From contig MQRK01216488.1 of NCBI GenBank assembly GCA_001938485.1, positions 1-54,079 on the forward strand: a stretch of DNA of 54,079 nucleotides. The letters run 5' to 3'. Numbering within the stretch: position 1 is the first letter of the stretch; every line of letters begins with the position of its first letter. The notes beneath the pieces were generated by a model. The model was not told where the DNA came from, made no database searches, and saw only the letters and a program-made list of their open reading frames with translations. This DNA is from Girardia tigrina (taxonomy: Eukaryota). Below are positions 12,900 to 25,670 of this stretch, piece by piece. A program made the translations under genes and the position numbers.

Positions 12900-13060
12900 T
12901 CATGACAACTATACAGTTAAATGATGAACAATCGTCAAAAAGAGCTACCATTGATATTGCAACCAAATATAAAATTGTGAAAAACTCGAAAAAGGAATAA
13001 CTATAAGAAACATCGCAGGTAAATTTAGTGTTTCTAAAGGCACGGTACATTTTCAATACA
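12900..13060 (+). pseudogene. pogo/Tigger-like transposase N-terminal HTH remnant
   Basis: KRATIDIATKYKIVK, then after a frameshift RNIAGKFSVSKGTV (CENP-B/psq-type HTH pattern). Confidence 0.5.
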
Positions 13061-14274
13061 AGATACGATAGTTTATATATTGTTTTACGATAATTTTGGT
13101 TGAAAGTTGGGTGATTTTTTAGGGGAAATTCTCTAAATTAGGAAGGAAACAAAAATTTTTAATTCCATGAATCCAGCGAGTCGCCAGATTGAAAATTGTG
13201 CCAAATCGATTTGGAGAGTGGTCGGTGGGACAAATTAAACAATCAATGGTTTCTATTTTGATGTTTGATAGTGTGAATCTGATTAAATTTTTATTATCAA
13301 TTTTGTTGGGGAAAAACATTTCATTAATTTAATTTTTATTATTTTTGATTTAATGTTTTTTTATTTTTTTAAATATGCCTTTATTATGAAATAATAAAAA
13401 AATGTTCGTTTGTTCAAATAGATCAAAGTTGTAAATGGAAAAAGATTTGAATTGGGTTTTAAAAATATCGAAATTTGTTTTTGAAGGGAAAATAAATGTT
13501 AAGCTTGTGGTTCGTGTTAATTTAAAAATGAATAAAAATTGTAATTTCAAAACCACTTTAAAAAATTATTTCAAGATTATTGAAAAAATTGCTGATTATG
13601 AATTCCGACAAAGACCGAGTAATCACCGATGACAACGCAAACGATCGAATTTCGTGGGAGATTAGCACGAGTGAGTAAAAAATAAGTTACTCCCCCGACC
13701 CCGAAACCACCACACGACTACATGATGCCATGACATCACTCGTTCATCTATCATTTCTGGTAACAGAGTATGGTTGCCGCGCTCTGGTGTTGGTGATGAT
13801 CTTGGCAATCGGGTGTTTGAGACTTATTGTGAACATACTCCTCCTGATGGAGAAGTTTTATATCAAGCTTGAATTGGCTGTGTATGTTTGGAGTGGATGA
13901 CTTTTTTCGCGTTCAGTGCAAATCTCTCCCTGATTCGAATGTACGGAGCATGCATGAGGTTACATATTGGATGACGAGTATGAATTTATGGGATATTCTA
14001 AAAGAACATTTTGGGGGGATTAAAAAGTTTCAGAGTAAGAGTTCTTAAAATAGAAAATCAGCGTCATCAATGTTGTGTGCAGGCAAGAGTGTCAAGGGAT
14101 GAAGAACCAAACTTATAAAACGGGCCCAATACCAGGGTGCAATCCATCCCTTGGGGCTCTCGACTGAGAATGTATGTGAATGAGGTAGTTTGAGATTTGA
14201 ATGATGATTTTTTGAATGTGTTGATTGGCGGTATGCTTGAATGGAATAACGAAACCCTACCGACCGGACACCCG

Positions 14275-14454
14275 TTACATCTATCAGTAAATAAAATAAC
14301 CAGAAAAACAATCGCAATAGAAGCAGTTTCTGACTGCACGATTAACGAAGTAAAGGCGAAGATCAGCGAGAAGGAAGATGTGCCAGTTACTTTACAACTA
14401 CTACTGTGCAACGGAAAACAACTGCGTGACAACCGGACGATCTCTCCTCAATAA
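14275..14454 (+). pseudogene. Ubiquitin-like domain fragment
   Basis: LSVNKITRKTIAIEAVSDCTINEVKAKISEKEDVPVTLQLLLCNGKQLRDNRTI aligns with ubiquitin residues ~3-56; C-terminal LRGG absent. Confidence 0.75.
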
Positions 14455-14797
14455 AAAATATCGTCCTCGATATTTAGACGACAGTCAAATAATAATATAA
14501 TATCACTAAAAAATCATTTAAAATCTTATTTTTAATTTTCTAAAATATTTAAAATATATTTTAAATAGTTATATTAAAATATTAATAAATAAGTTGGATT
14601 TTCTTAATTGAAAATTTATTTTGATTGTCCATCGTAACAATCACAACAACGTCACCCATTATTTTCTAAAACAAAGTATGAAATAATAGTCATTATTTTC
14701 TAATTGTTTTTCTTATTATCTACATTTTATGATTTGTATGAAGACTATGAAGATAATATATCACAGAACAATGTAATTTGTTTGTTATTCCAGTGTC

Positions 14798-14832
<35 letters not shown>

Positions 14833-14889
14833 ATTATACACATATATGGATTTCTCTTTTCAAAAACGATTATGTAATGGTAAGTTTTA

Positions 14890-15200
14890 TATATATATTT
14901 TTGATAATAATAATAATAATAATAATAATCATAATAGTACTATTTATAATAACAATAATAAAAATAATAATAATAAATATAATAATAATGTTAATATTAA
15001 TATTAATGATAATGATAATAATAATTATAACTGCAGTAATAAATGATAATAATATACTGCAATGAATAATAATAATAAAAGATACTAATAATAATAATAA
15101 GAAAAAATAATAATCTTTAATGATGATTATGATAGTAGAAAAATAATAAAAATCATATCTAAATAATAATAATAAATTATCTTTAATAACTACAATAATT
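14890..15200. repeat. (AAT)n-rich microsatellite/low-complexity DNA
   Basis: Direct inspection. Confidence 0.9.
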
Positions 15201-15467
15201 ATAACTTATTATTGATAAAATATAAATTATTTTTTCAAGGGAAATTCCCATCAACAAAAATTATAAATTATCTTTTCATGGGAAATTCCCATCAACAAAA
15301 TTTAAAAACAATAAAAAAATTCTTTTTATTAATAAATGGGAAATTACGCAAATAATTCCGACTGTTGAAACAAAATCGTGGGAAACCATTCAAAAAAAGG
15401 AAACAATACCAACGAAATCGTGGGAAACTATATATTAAACACATAAAATGATATGTTAAATTCAAAA

Positions 15468-15472
<5 letters not shown>

Positions 15473-15502
<30 letters not shown>

Positions 15503-15552
15503 NNNNNNNNNNNNNNNNNNNNNNNNNNNNNNNNNNNNNNNNNNNNNNNNNN

Positions 15553-15602
<50 letters not shown>
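15473..15602. repeat. (TA)n microsatellite spanning an N-gap
   Basis: Direct inspection. Confidence 0.9.
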
Positions 15603-15605
<3 letters not shown>

Positions 15606-17388
15606 AATGGAAAATAAAAGTGAGTTGATGTCTATCTTCCATTATCTAAATAAATTAAATAACACAAAATAATCTGGAAAAATTTATTGTTTAATTAGAT
15701 TTACATAAGTTTATTTCAGGATGATTGGCGTTAGTGGTTTGAAATAAATAGATTGTTTTCTGAAGTCCCAAATCAGTATTAAGTATATTTCTGTACCCGT
15801 AAAAATGTGTTAATTGAAATTATCAACATGAGATTTGCTTAACAAATGTCGATTCCATGTTTAGACAGCTACTAAACATTCATCGGGCGAAACTCACTAT
15901 GCGAGTTGTTTTAGATGTCGGCAGTTTGATAGAAATTCGTCGGCGAGAGTGCCAAGTGTGACGCATTTCGGGTACCGACTAAACCTGGAAACCCGATAAA
16001 TGATTAGTGATCCGGTTGGATGCGTCGCAGCTAATGTTATGGAAATCGATTTGTGGATTTTTTCCATGTGATAAAATTCTGCTGGCATTGTCGGGTACAA
16101 TATACTTACGTACTACTTTGGAACGATATAGATCCGTTATGTGATCGCATTGTGATACTTGTAACAACATACACAAAAATAACATTGCCGTACTTATAAC
16201 AAAACTTACACATTCATTTCAGGAAATGAAAGACAGATTAATTAAATCAAATTCTAGATAAAAGTTACACATAAAAATTCGGATTATCGGTAAGACAGTA
16301 AAAAAAATATAACAATAATAAACCGTGTCATATGATATTTGTGAGGTAGTCAATCAATTCATAGATGGACACGACACAACTGTATGTTATCACAGGATCT
16401 GACATGGAATTCTCTCTTCGAATTTGACAAATTCTGACGACTTGTGACCCGTTATGCGAACAAATATCATCCAATACGGTACTAATGCGATCCGAATCTG
16501 AGAATCTCCAACATTGTATTTCGGAAAAACAACATATCTTCTCCAAAAAAGGTATATTTGAATTTCGAGAAATTACCTCCGCCAATTTATAGCAATATTA
16601 AATAATCAATTTAAAAAAATTGATTAATTATTTAATATATATATATATATACATATATAAATACATATATTAATATCGATATATATTTATATTAAAAAAT
16701 GTCGATCACTACATATATATATATGTCTCCGCTCGATAAGTTAATTTCTCCAAATAATAGATTTTCCAAACGACTTCTATTTGATTTTGCGGGGTTAAGT
16801 TTGCAACCTGCGTTGATTATTCGGCCACCGTTGGTCTTAAGGTTTTCTTTTTATTTATATTTTTTTAAATATTACATTTTTTTTATCTTCACCCATACGG
16901 GTTACTCTTGAAAATATAAAATAAAAGATCAGAAAGAAAGCTGATTATGAACACCTTTGAAAAAAAATTAATCTTTGATACTCTAATTTTAAAAATGAAA
17001 TTTGTGAAAATATTTTATTTTATTGTTAAATTTTTTCATACTATGCTTTGATCATATCACTCGTTTTGGAACCTTTTACAACCTCACACACCCATAAAAA
17101 AGTTTAAAATCACAATGTTTTCAAAATGTTCGTAATGTTATTAAGATAAAAGTGCATCAATAAATAAATGAATGTAAATATATACAAAATATCAATTGTT
17201 ATCTCACGATTTACACCGCAGCAATCAAGTTCATTTGGATTCCTTGTGTTTCGAAACACAACAATCGACACAAGCAATCCGACTAACTCTTGATCACAAA
17301 ATAAGTAATAGATACTGAATCCTGAATAGTTTGAGCCTGTTTTGTTCTATTATCGAAATATAAATTAATAATTAGATGATCTAAAGAT

Positions 17389-18200
17389 TTAGGTAGAGTA
17401 ATAGTAATCTCTTGGTGTTAATTGATAGACATGATCTCTTGTAATGGATTTATTCTCTTTATGTAAGATTTTTCGATCAGATATAGATACCAAATTTCCA
17501 CTTTTTAAATCTAGAGAAACACCTTCTAATTGTTGCAAAACATCAATGCCAAGCAACAATGATTCTGGGCAACTTTTTGAAATTAATACATTTGTTGTAA
17601 TAGTCTTGCCACCAATTTTAATTGACACTTGTACAGTTCCTTCAATAGCGAGATAATGACCCGTAACTGATTGTAATCTTTCAATACAAGGTGCCAGATT
17701 TAATATTTCAGATGCCAGAAGCATCTTTTCATCGACAATTGTGACTGCTGAACCAGTATCAACTAAAGCTGTAATATATCTATCATTTAGTAAAACAGTT
17801 ATTGTTAATCTTTGACCGAATTTAGTTCTTACAGCAAAAACATAATTACTTGGTAAACCCCATTGATTTCTTATTTCCACTTCTCTTTTTTGTTTTTCCT
17901 CTGAATTTATAGTTTCATGATTTGGATCAACAGGTTTCATTTCTTTAAGTTGTAAGAATGGATAGTAATTCGGTAATGGTCGAAAACTTGTCATATTGAA
18001 TGGTGCACCTGAATTTAACATTTCTTGATTCTTTATCATTTGTAGTTGATTCTCGTAATCTTTACACTCGCTTTTAGATATTGTTGATGTCGTTAAATTA
18101 CTATTACTTACAGTTTCATTTCCCGTTTCACTTTTTCTTCCATCACTTGTTACACTTGGATCGCTGTTGGAACTATCTGAGACAGATTCAAATTGTACCT
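17389..18200 (-). pseudogene. LTR-retrotransposon retropepsin (aspartic protease) fragment
   Basis: ITALVDTGSAVTIV catalytic motif, LQSVTG flap and LLLGIDVL motif; the frame stays open upstream of 18039 to ~18200. Confidence 0.9.
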
Positions 18201-18272
18201 TTTAATTTCCTTTTTTAAACTTTTACGACTTTTATTAATTTTCATTTCTGATTTTAATGTATTTATTTCTTT

Positions 18273-18688
18273 ATGATGATGATGAATTATAAAAAAATTT
18301 GCTATCATAAGAATGCAAAATTGATCAAAGGAGATGTATACCGAGTAATAAAAGAAAATGAAAAGGGTGCAAATGATGATGAAGTTTTACGAAATTTACT
18401 AAATACAGATATAGATAAAAATAAAATAGTCACTGCACTATTATATATTGTAATACGGGCACATGAAAAGATAGTCTTCTTTCCAACAGCGAAAAATACC
18501 TATGTGGAATTGGCAGTTGGACTAATAAATGGATAAATCCATGGATTCAAAAACAAGGAGGATGGCTAAAAGCATTCCGAGGAGAGGAAAACCGGAACGA
18601 GGATTCCGAAGAAGATATATTAATCAAAAATCTCAAGGAAAAGTTATACAGTTTAAATGACAAAAAGAAAAAATCAACTTCATGGCCA
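18273..18688 (+). pseudogene. Bcl-2-like domain (BH1-like and BH2), one frameshift, in frame with the downstream glycoprotein
   Basis: EVLRNLLNTDIDKNKIVTALLY (BH1-like); after a frameshift at ~18533, INPWIQKQGGWLKAF (BH2; TGG at 18542 is in the same frame as ATG 18689 with no stop between). Confidence 0.7.
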
Positions 18689-20254
18689 ATGATATTAATG
18701 ATGATAATGATGGTGTTTGAAGCATTACAAGGTGTAAATGCTATTGTCGCATATGATTGCGAGAAACCGAAATTCGGACAGAAATATTCTCTTCTCGATG
18801 TAGAAGAATGCACAGAAGCAAGTCCGATCAGTATTGAAACATTACCTGATAAAACATTAAATGTGTATCAGGAATCAGATGTTATATACACGGAAGCAAG
18901 AGAGTGTATAGTTAAATTTGTGGAAAGTGTATTCCATTGTGGAGGAACATTTGACACACCATTAAAACCCACTTATACTCCTGACCAAATGCAGATTTCG
19001 ACAAGTCAATGTGATGAAGCTTTTATCACAAAGAAAATCAAATTAGATGGAAAGGAAATGAATGTTCAAGTGGGAGCAATAGTGAAGGAAGCATTTAATA
19101 TAAAAGGATGGATATCCGGATCAGGACGATGTGCAGGAGAACCTGGTGAATTGTGGGGAAAGAAATGGCCAAATCTTGTCATAAGACGACAATATGTTGT
19201 GGGATTAAGAAAATTTGAAGCAGTATTTGATAGTGTCACAAGAAAAATGATGACACACCCATTTTGTATCGCAGACGATGATTTCTGCGACACTGGTGAA
19301 TCAATAATTTTATACAAAATAAATAAAAGAGAATGCCATTTAACCTTGTTAAAGACTACGAGTTTTAAAGAAATATCGGGATCAATGTTTAACAATAATG
19401 CTGAGGAAAATGTTCGTGATCAAAAAAGAGACAAAACAACAATAAAGAAATTGGCAACGCCAACAATTTATATTTCTGCTGATCCAAAGGATATGATGAA
19501 ATTTATACAAAAGGATCGAGTAGCTAAGTGTTATACTATGGTTTACGAAACTAATTATAAAGGGATATACATATCCACAACTGTAATTAAAGATAGTAAG
19601 GATAAAGTGAAAAAACAAGATGTTAATATAGTTACTTATTTTAATAATAAATTGGATTATTTATATCATACGTCATTACAAATGATATATAAATTGTATC
19701 ATGAAACAATAGCTGCAGATTGCAGGCTAAATAGACAAATTATACAATCAAAGATATCTTCAGCAACAGTCAATCCAGATATGATCACACCAATGTTGTT
19801 CAATGAAAAAGGATCATATGCCCGAGTAACTGGTGAAACGTTACAAGTCTTTAGCTGTACACCAGTACAAGTTTCAATAGCAATTACCGGAAAATGTACA
19901 AATGAAATGCCGGTCATGTATAAAGGGAAGCAAGTTTATATGTTACCTGTTACAAGAATATTAACAGATGAAAAATATATTCCCAAGGTAATAGAAAAAT
20001 GCACAAATATAGTGGATCCAGCTTACCAGATTGGAACGGATCATTGGATAACTGTATCAGATCGAAAAACGATAGCTACGCCCAAGAAGTTAGAATTGAT
20101 GACCTTGGAGAGAAAATTACAATTTACAGAATTTGACAAAATGGAGCAAAGTGGCTTATATTCACAACAAGCATTAGAAAGTGCCAGAAAATATGCACTA
20201 TTTCCCGTACAACGGGACAGGGTATTAACGATATACCGCAGAAAAGAACGCTAG
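18689..20254 (+). pseudogene. Chuvirus-like (class III, gB-related) envelope glycoprotein, C-terminally truncated
   Basis: Hydrophobic signal followed by AIVAYDC..YSLLDVEEC..ECIVK..HCG, C.L central helix, GETLQVFSCTPVQV, CTNEMPV..YMLPVTRIL; no C-terminal TM; compositional break at ~20230. Confidence 0.85.
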
Positions 20255-21714
20255 AAATTCAAGTTCTACGTGTAAAAGAACCAGATGAGGTAGACCAATT
20301 GAATGATATTTGGATATCCCAAGCAGCTGAAATTGGAGTTTTCGCTGTCGAATATTTTTTGGAGGACCACACACCAAATCCCTTATTAAACACGCAATAT
20401 CTTTCTATCATTTCTGACGTCGAAATTTCCAATCAAATAATAGCACAACGTGCTTCATTTTTACGCAGATCCTTAACACAATCAGAAATTCAATCCAGGC
20501 TTCGTTTTATGGACGCAGAATTTGGCATGGATGTGTACAAACGGCATCGACTCTTATCAGTCGCCATTCTCGATTATGATAAGCAGACCTTGTTGCACAC
20601 CCTAGTAAAACCCAGAGTCCGTATTAAGGATTTTTTAGAGCAATATCACGGAATTAAGGAGACTGACGTGACAGCTCAAATGGACGAGTATGATACCATT
20701 AATGCAATACATCGTCTTCTCGCGGGTAACATCCTGGTAGGACATGATGTCCAATTAGAACTGAAGGGATGCGCAATTCCGGTTCAAACCCTCTTGGGCA
20801 TACGTGATACCGCAGCCGCTCCCGTTTTCGATTCCTTTAATATTGATAAAAAAAGGTGACTTTTACTCCCTTAAAGTGTTGACCAGAACACTCTGCAACT
20901 TCGACATTCAAGGATCAAAGCACTCAGCCATAGAATATGCACGCGCAGTATGGCATGTCTATAAAAAAGTCGAGGACATATGGACCGACACAATCGATAT
21001 CCCAAAAGCAGTTACCTTCTTTGGCCAGGATACTCCCACAACTATACCCAAAGTAGAGATCCCCACGACCGCACCTCAAGTAGAGGACGATGCGCAATCA
21101 GTCACATCACAAAATTATTTACCCTCAATAACGGCGGGAACTTGGATCCAAGACAATATGTCGACACTCCAAGCTCATTCCATGACCAAAAAGGACGTAC
21201 CAACTCAGAACCATAATCATGAACCGCCTATCGTGCCTATCGTTTCTCCTAATCAAAAATATCAAAATGGCTTGGCGACGGTGTACCAGCAAAGCGTGCA
21301 TGTACACGCAATGAGTTGTTGAGAACCCATTTACCTATCGTTGATCTGGACGCTAGTTCAATATCATCGTATACGACAGCCCTCCCCGAACTCGATGAAG
21401 ACGAAGTCGACAACACTTTATTAGAGGAGGAGATCTTAGATATCAGCACTCCAGCTGATACAGAGATGAGTGAACTCCTAACCTTTCTTGCCGACGAGTC
21501 ACACGTCGAAGGCTTTCAATCCTTCTTAGATAAGCAATTTCAAATAGAAAAACTTGCGCCCCTAACAACGTCTTCTTTCGTGCATGCACGAAGCAAGCAC
21601 ACATTTACAATACATACACCGCATATAAATAACAAATTCGCAGGAGATACGATACCACCACCTCAGAACCCGATCCGGCCGAGACATTCGAAGAGGAGGT
21701 CCCAGATCAATTGA
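20230..21714 (+). pseudogene. REX4/ISG20-like DEDDh 3'-5' exonuclease with a low-complexity tail (frameshifted)
   Basis: FMDAEFG (ExoI), LVKP..I.D....HGI, ILVGHD, RDTA, SLKVL...DIQG.KHSAIEYARA (ExoIII Asp replaced by Tyr); frameshift in the A-run at ~20848-20855. Confidence 0.85.
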
Positions 21715-21784
21715 TGAATTGATGAACATTTGTGATCCTTTATGACCTTTATTATTTTGACTTTTGTTTTCTTTCCTTGATTGT

Positions 21785-22981
21785 TGTTATGAGGTCATAA
21801 CAAAAATGCCCCCCCCCACGAATGTTGAGAATGTAAATAGATTGTTTATTATTGATAATTGTAATTTTTTTATTATTTTGATTACTATTTCATTCATATG
21901 CTTACTAACAATATATTTTTTATTTTTTTGTTATATTTTGTTATTTTCAGTAAATAATAAGATTTATTATTTACTACCAAGGGTAATATTATTATTTATA
22001 TTTAAAGGAAAATAAGTAATATTATATTATTATTTATATTCAAAAGGAAAATATTATTATTTATAAAGAGAAAGAAGCAAGTGAGATTTAAAAAGGTCAA
22101 GAAAAAGTTTTAAATTAAAAGGTTGAAAATTCAAACCTACGACACTCAAACCTACGTTTTCAAAAAGAAACAAGCTCAACCTACGCTGATTCAAGAATGT
22201 ATAAAAGTAGAAGTAAAAAATCAATCTTGAACCATTAAGCAAAAAATCATTCTACTGAATCACTAGGCGAGAAGAAACAAATCTATTGAACCGTCAAGCG
22301 AGAAGCAAAAATCAATAACCAAGCAAGAAGCAAAAAAATCAATTGATCCGTTAAGTTGCTGAACAGAACTATTGTTCGAAGAATCCCATACGTCTGAATA
22401 ACTAGGCAAGAAACAAAAAAAATTCGATTGATCAGTCAAGTTACTGTACAGAATTATTGTTCGAGAATTCCATACGTCTGAAAAAGGAGGAGATTAAGGA
22501 GAATTCTTTGTCTATCAGTTGAATCAATAGGTTATTATAATTCATAAACTTTTAAAATCCTTAATTTTTATTTATATTAATAATTTCATTATACCTTGTA
22601 TTTATTTTAATTGGGATAAACCCGCACCCCAAATATTGAAGGCTCTGGACGAGAACCAGACCTTTAACGTAAATAGGGCATAAGTAGGGGGCTTATATAT
22701 TTCTATCTAACCTTTTGTTACAATCTGTTTGTAGATAAAAGATTATTTGTAATTGTTATAAATTTCAAAATATTATCGTACTAAATTAACTCGTCTTTTG
22801 ATTTGATTTGAATTTATTAAATACTAAATCGAATTAGTAATTGAGTATTTGATTAAATTTTATCGGTCGAAAACCTTATTTAATATCAATAACTGTTAGA
22901 TAACCCCTTTGTTAGGTATCGCCAGAGGGTTATATTAAAATTTAACCCCAGATAATCTAACACATTCATCTGGGAATAACA
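21785..22981. mobile_element. Putative LTR (~1.2 kb)
   Basis: TGTTAT...ATAACA termini, internal direct repeats at 22240-22480, abrupt junction into a Tc1 coding frame at 22982; no partner LTR, PBS or clear PPT seen. Confidence 0.4.
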
Positions 22982-23254
22982 ACCCCAAATCACTTGGAAA
23001 TTATGCAACTTCCTCCGTACTCCCCTTTCCTGAATCCGATCGAAGCGGTTTTCAGCAAGGTCAAACAAAGCGTCCGGAAGAGTANNNNNNNNNNNNNNNN
23101 NNNNNNNNNNNNNNNGCATCAGAAAGTGGAGTGCTTGGTCAACCTCATTACAACTGAGGTTGCGAAAGAGGAATACTCGAATTTATCGAAGTATTTTAAG
23201 CACATCAAGACATTTTTTCCGGAGTCACTTTTAAAAGAGGATGTCTTAGATTAA
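22982..23254 (+). pseudogene. Tc1/IS630-like transposase C-terminal fragment
   Basis: LPPYSPFLNPIEAVFSKVK motif. Confidence 0.9.
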
Positions 23255-24735
23255 ATGTTATTTTATTTAATAAATGTTATTTTATTTAATAAATGTTATT
23301 TTAAAAAGGTCTTATTATTTTTTTTAAAAAAATTTATAACTGATATATAAAAAATTATTATATAAAAAAATATTATATAAAATAAAATCCTTACTTCGCA
23401 TAAAATTAGCATAAAAAATGGATGACATAAGAGATGTTTATGTCATTGTACATAAGTCATCTGACATATATAAATGCCTTGTTGGCATAATAAAACAAGA
23501 ATAGGTGTAGACCTGATAAGCTTTTAGTACACAGTCGGTTTTCGATTTAACTGAGAAGCTTTGTACTTTAGAAGTGATCGACACGAATCTTATTTTGTTT
23601 TTATGAAGTTTTTCAACGCTCTGAAACCTTCTGAATATGGAATTTTAAGAATAATTTTGTGTTTATCAATTACGTCATTTTCTATTCGTTTTTGAGTGAT
23701 ATTCTGCATGTATATTTCATTTAGTGTGACCCTAATGTTTTCTTCAATTTGCTTATTTGTATACAAATTATTTCCGCACTCTTTAAGGCACTATAATGCA
23801 TTAATTAACATTCAAATTTGATAAAGTAAAGCCGCCTCAATTTGAAATATCTTTACTTAATTTAAAATTCAAAATTTAGAACCAATAATATCTCTAAAAT
23901 ATAATTAATTTATATTATGTTATCATTTATTACCAATTATCAGAAATTACATAATTCAATTAAAATCATTGATCAAACTATTTGTAAATAAAATAAAACT
24001 AACGTTCACGAGAATAAATATATTTATATACATAAATAAATTTTAGTGCGGTATCATGTCGAAGTACAGCCAAATAAAATAGATAAAAAATTCAAACTTG
24101 ATAATTGATGATTTTAACTGACAATCCATACAGTCACTCGTCTTTATCAAATATTGTCTGGTAACAACATGAAACTGTAATACAAAAGATTTACAAATGG
24201 AATTAATAATTAGATGCATTTAAACAAACCAGAAAAAATGTGTAATATTTCAGTTATTAATTTATAAAATTAATTGTGAGATTATTTAAATCAAAATTTT
24301 ATATTTAGATTTTATATCGTTAATAATTACCGAATATTTTACTAAATAATTTTTAATTTATCTGGTTAATTTAATACAAAAAAAGAAAAAAATAGATCTC
24401 TCTTAAATAATTTGTCCACAATTAACGGACATTATAGATGGGGTTTTTTGTAGAAATGTTCGATGTTGTAATTTTTTAAGTAGGCGAATAAATAATAAGA
24501 TTAGTTTTTTGTGTAAAAATATTTATTTAATAAAATCAATTTAAAAGCAGGTATTATAAAAATGGGCATTTTTAGGTCGATGGATTTAAAATTAAGAAAT
24601 TAATAAAGATTGTTCCTTTCATTCATAAAAAATATCGAGTTTTAAAAAATAGAAAATCATGACTTAGATATAATAAAAATAATTAAAATTAGTGTTGAAT
24701 CTCAGCAGAGTTTTTTACGTTTTCTTTATAAACTT

Positions 24736-25670
24736 TCAATTTGAGAGGTTTAATCGCATATTGGGAATCATAGCTCGATCGATATTAGCTGCAGTGATTG
24801 ACTTCATATGTCTGATATCCTTTGTCCAGAACAGAAATTGTCGATTGAGATTTGAATTTTGAGATATGACTTTGATTGGAGAACTGTCCAACGATTCATG
24901 GAGCTTTAATTGCGCAAGAACTCTATCGATTTCCACATCATCAGGATTGAAGAGACGTTCATCTGGTTCATCAATACTGTTAATTTTCATATTCTTATAT
25001 CGTTTTAATTTTAAAGAAAATGTTGGATCTGAGACGGTTTCAGCAGATCTCCACTCACAATGAATGTAAGAAAGTCCGCGATCTTTTAGAAAATATTTAT
25101 CAAATTCTATTTCCGAGTCTTTCGATATTACGTCTAATATGTCATAAACGTTTTCAATTTGCGATCCAAGAATCTTTTTAACAACTTTACGTTGATTTTC
25201 TAAATTTAGTTCAAAATTTGAATCATCATCACTATTTATTGTTTTGGCCAATTCATACAAAGTTGGTAAATCATTTATATTCATTATGAGATCAGGGAAC
25301 TCATCACTTATAACATCATTACTGAGTGGATGCATACCAGAGTTCACTTTGGCTTCCTGATCGATCAGATCTTCCGAGGTACTCGAATTCGATTCTCGGT
25401 GTTTCATCAATTTCTTTTGTTTAACATAGTCGAGGATACAGTCGACCGAAGCGCAGTTGTCGTAATTTGGGAATTGAAAAGACTTCGAAATATCTTTTTC
25501 GTTTAGTTTCTTCTCGGAACATCGATCTGATTTGTTCAGTTTTACTTTCATTGTCGGGCGGGAATTGTTATTTGATTGATTGATTCCCATTTTACTGGCG
25601 ATATTGTCGAGGTTCTCGGTGACATCGGGATCATTTGAATTGTCATTCGAATCGTTAGACACACCATTGT
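24736..25670 (-). pseudogene. CHD6-9/kismet-like remodeler fragment (first chromodomain and start of the second)
   Basis: VVKKILG...YFLKDRGLSYIHCEW...KLKRYK...LFNPDDVEIDRVL; no helicase domain follows. Confidence 0.75.

Noticed and set aside
14778-15065. Poly-Ile and poly-Asn ORFs
   Set aside because: Translations of the (AAT)n microsatellite
15235-15430. GGGAAATTCCC repeats resembling NF-kB sites
   Set aside because: Part of a short local repeat with no associated gene; more likely TE subterminal repeats
15720-16590. Coding-like minus-strand fragments
   Set aside because: May be degenerate host exons, but no recognisable motif
21809-21817. C9 run as a minus-strand PPT
   Set aside because: Would place an LTR over the exonuclease tail; no supporting boundary
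23520-23760. Possible IS630/Tc1 N-terminal remnant on the minus strand
   Set aside because: Only a weak IEEN..TL.E resemblance; insufficient support
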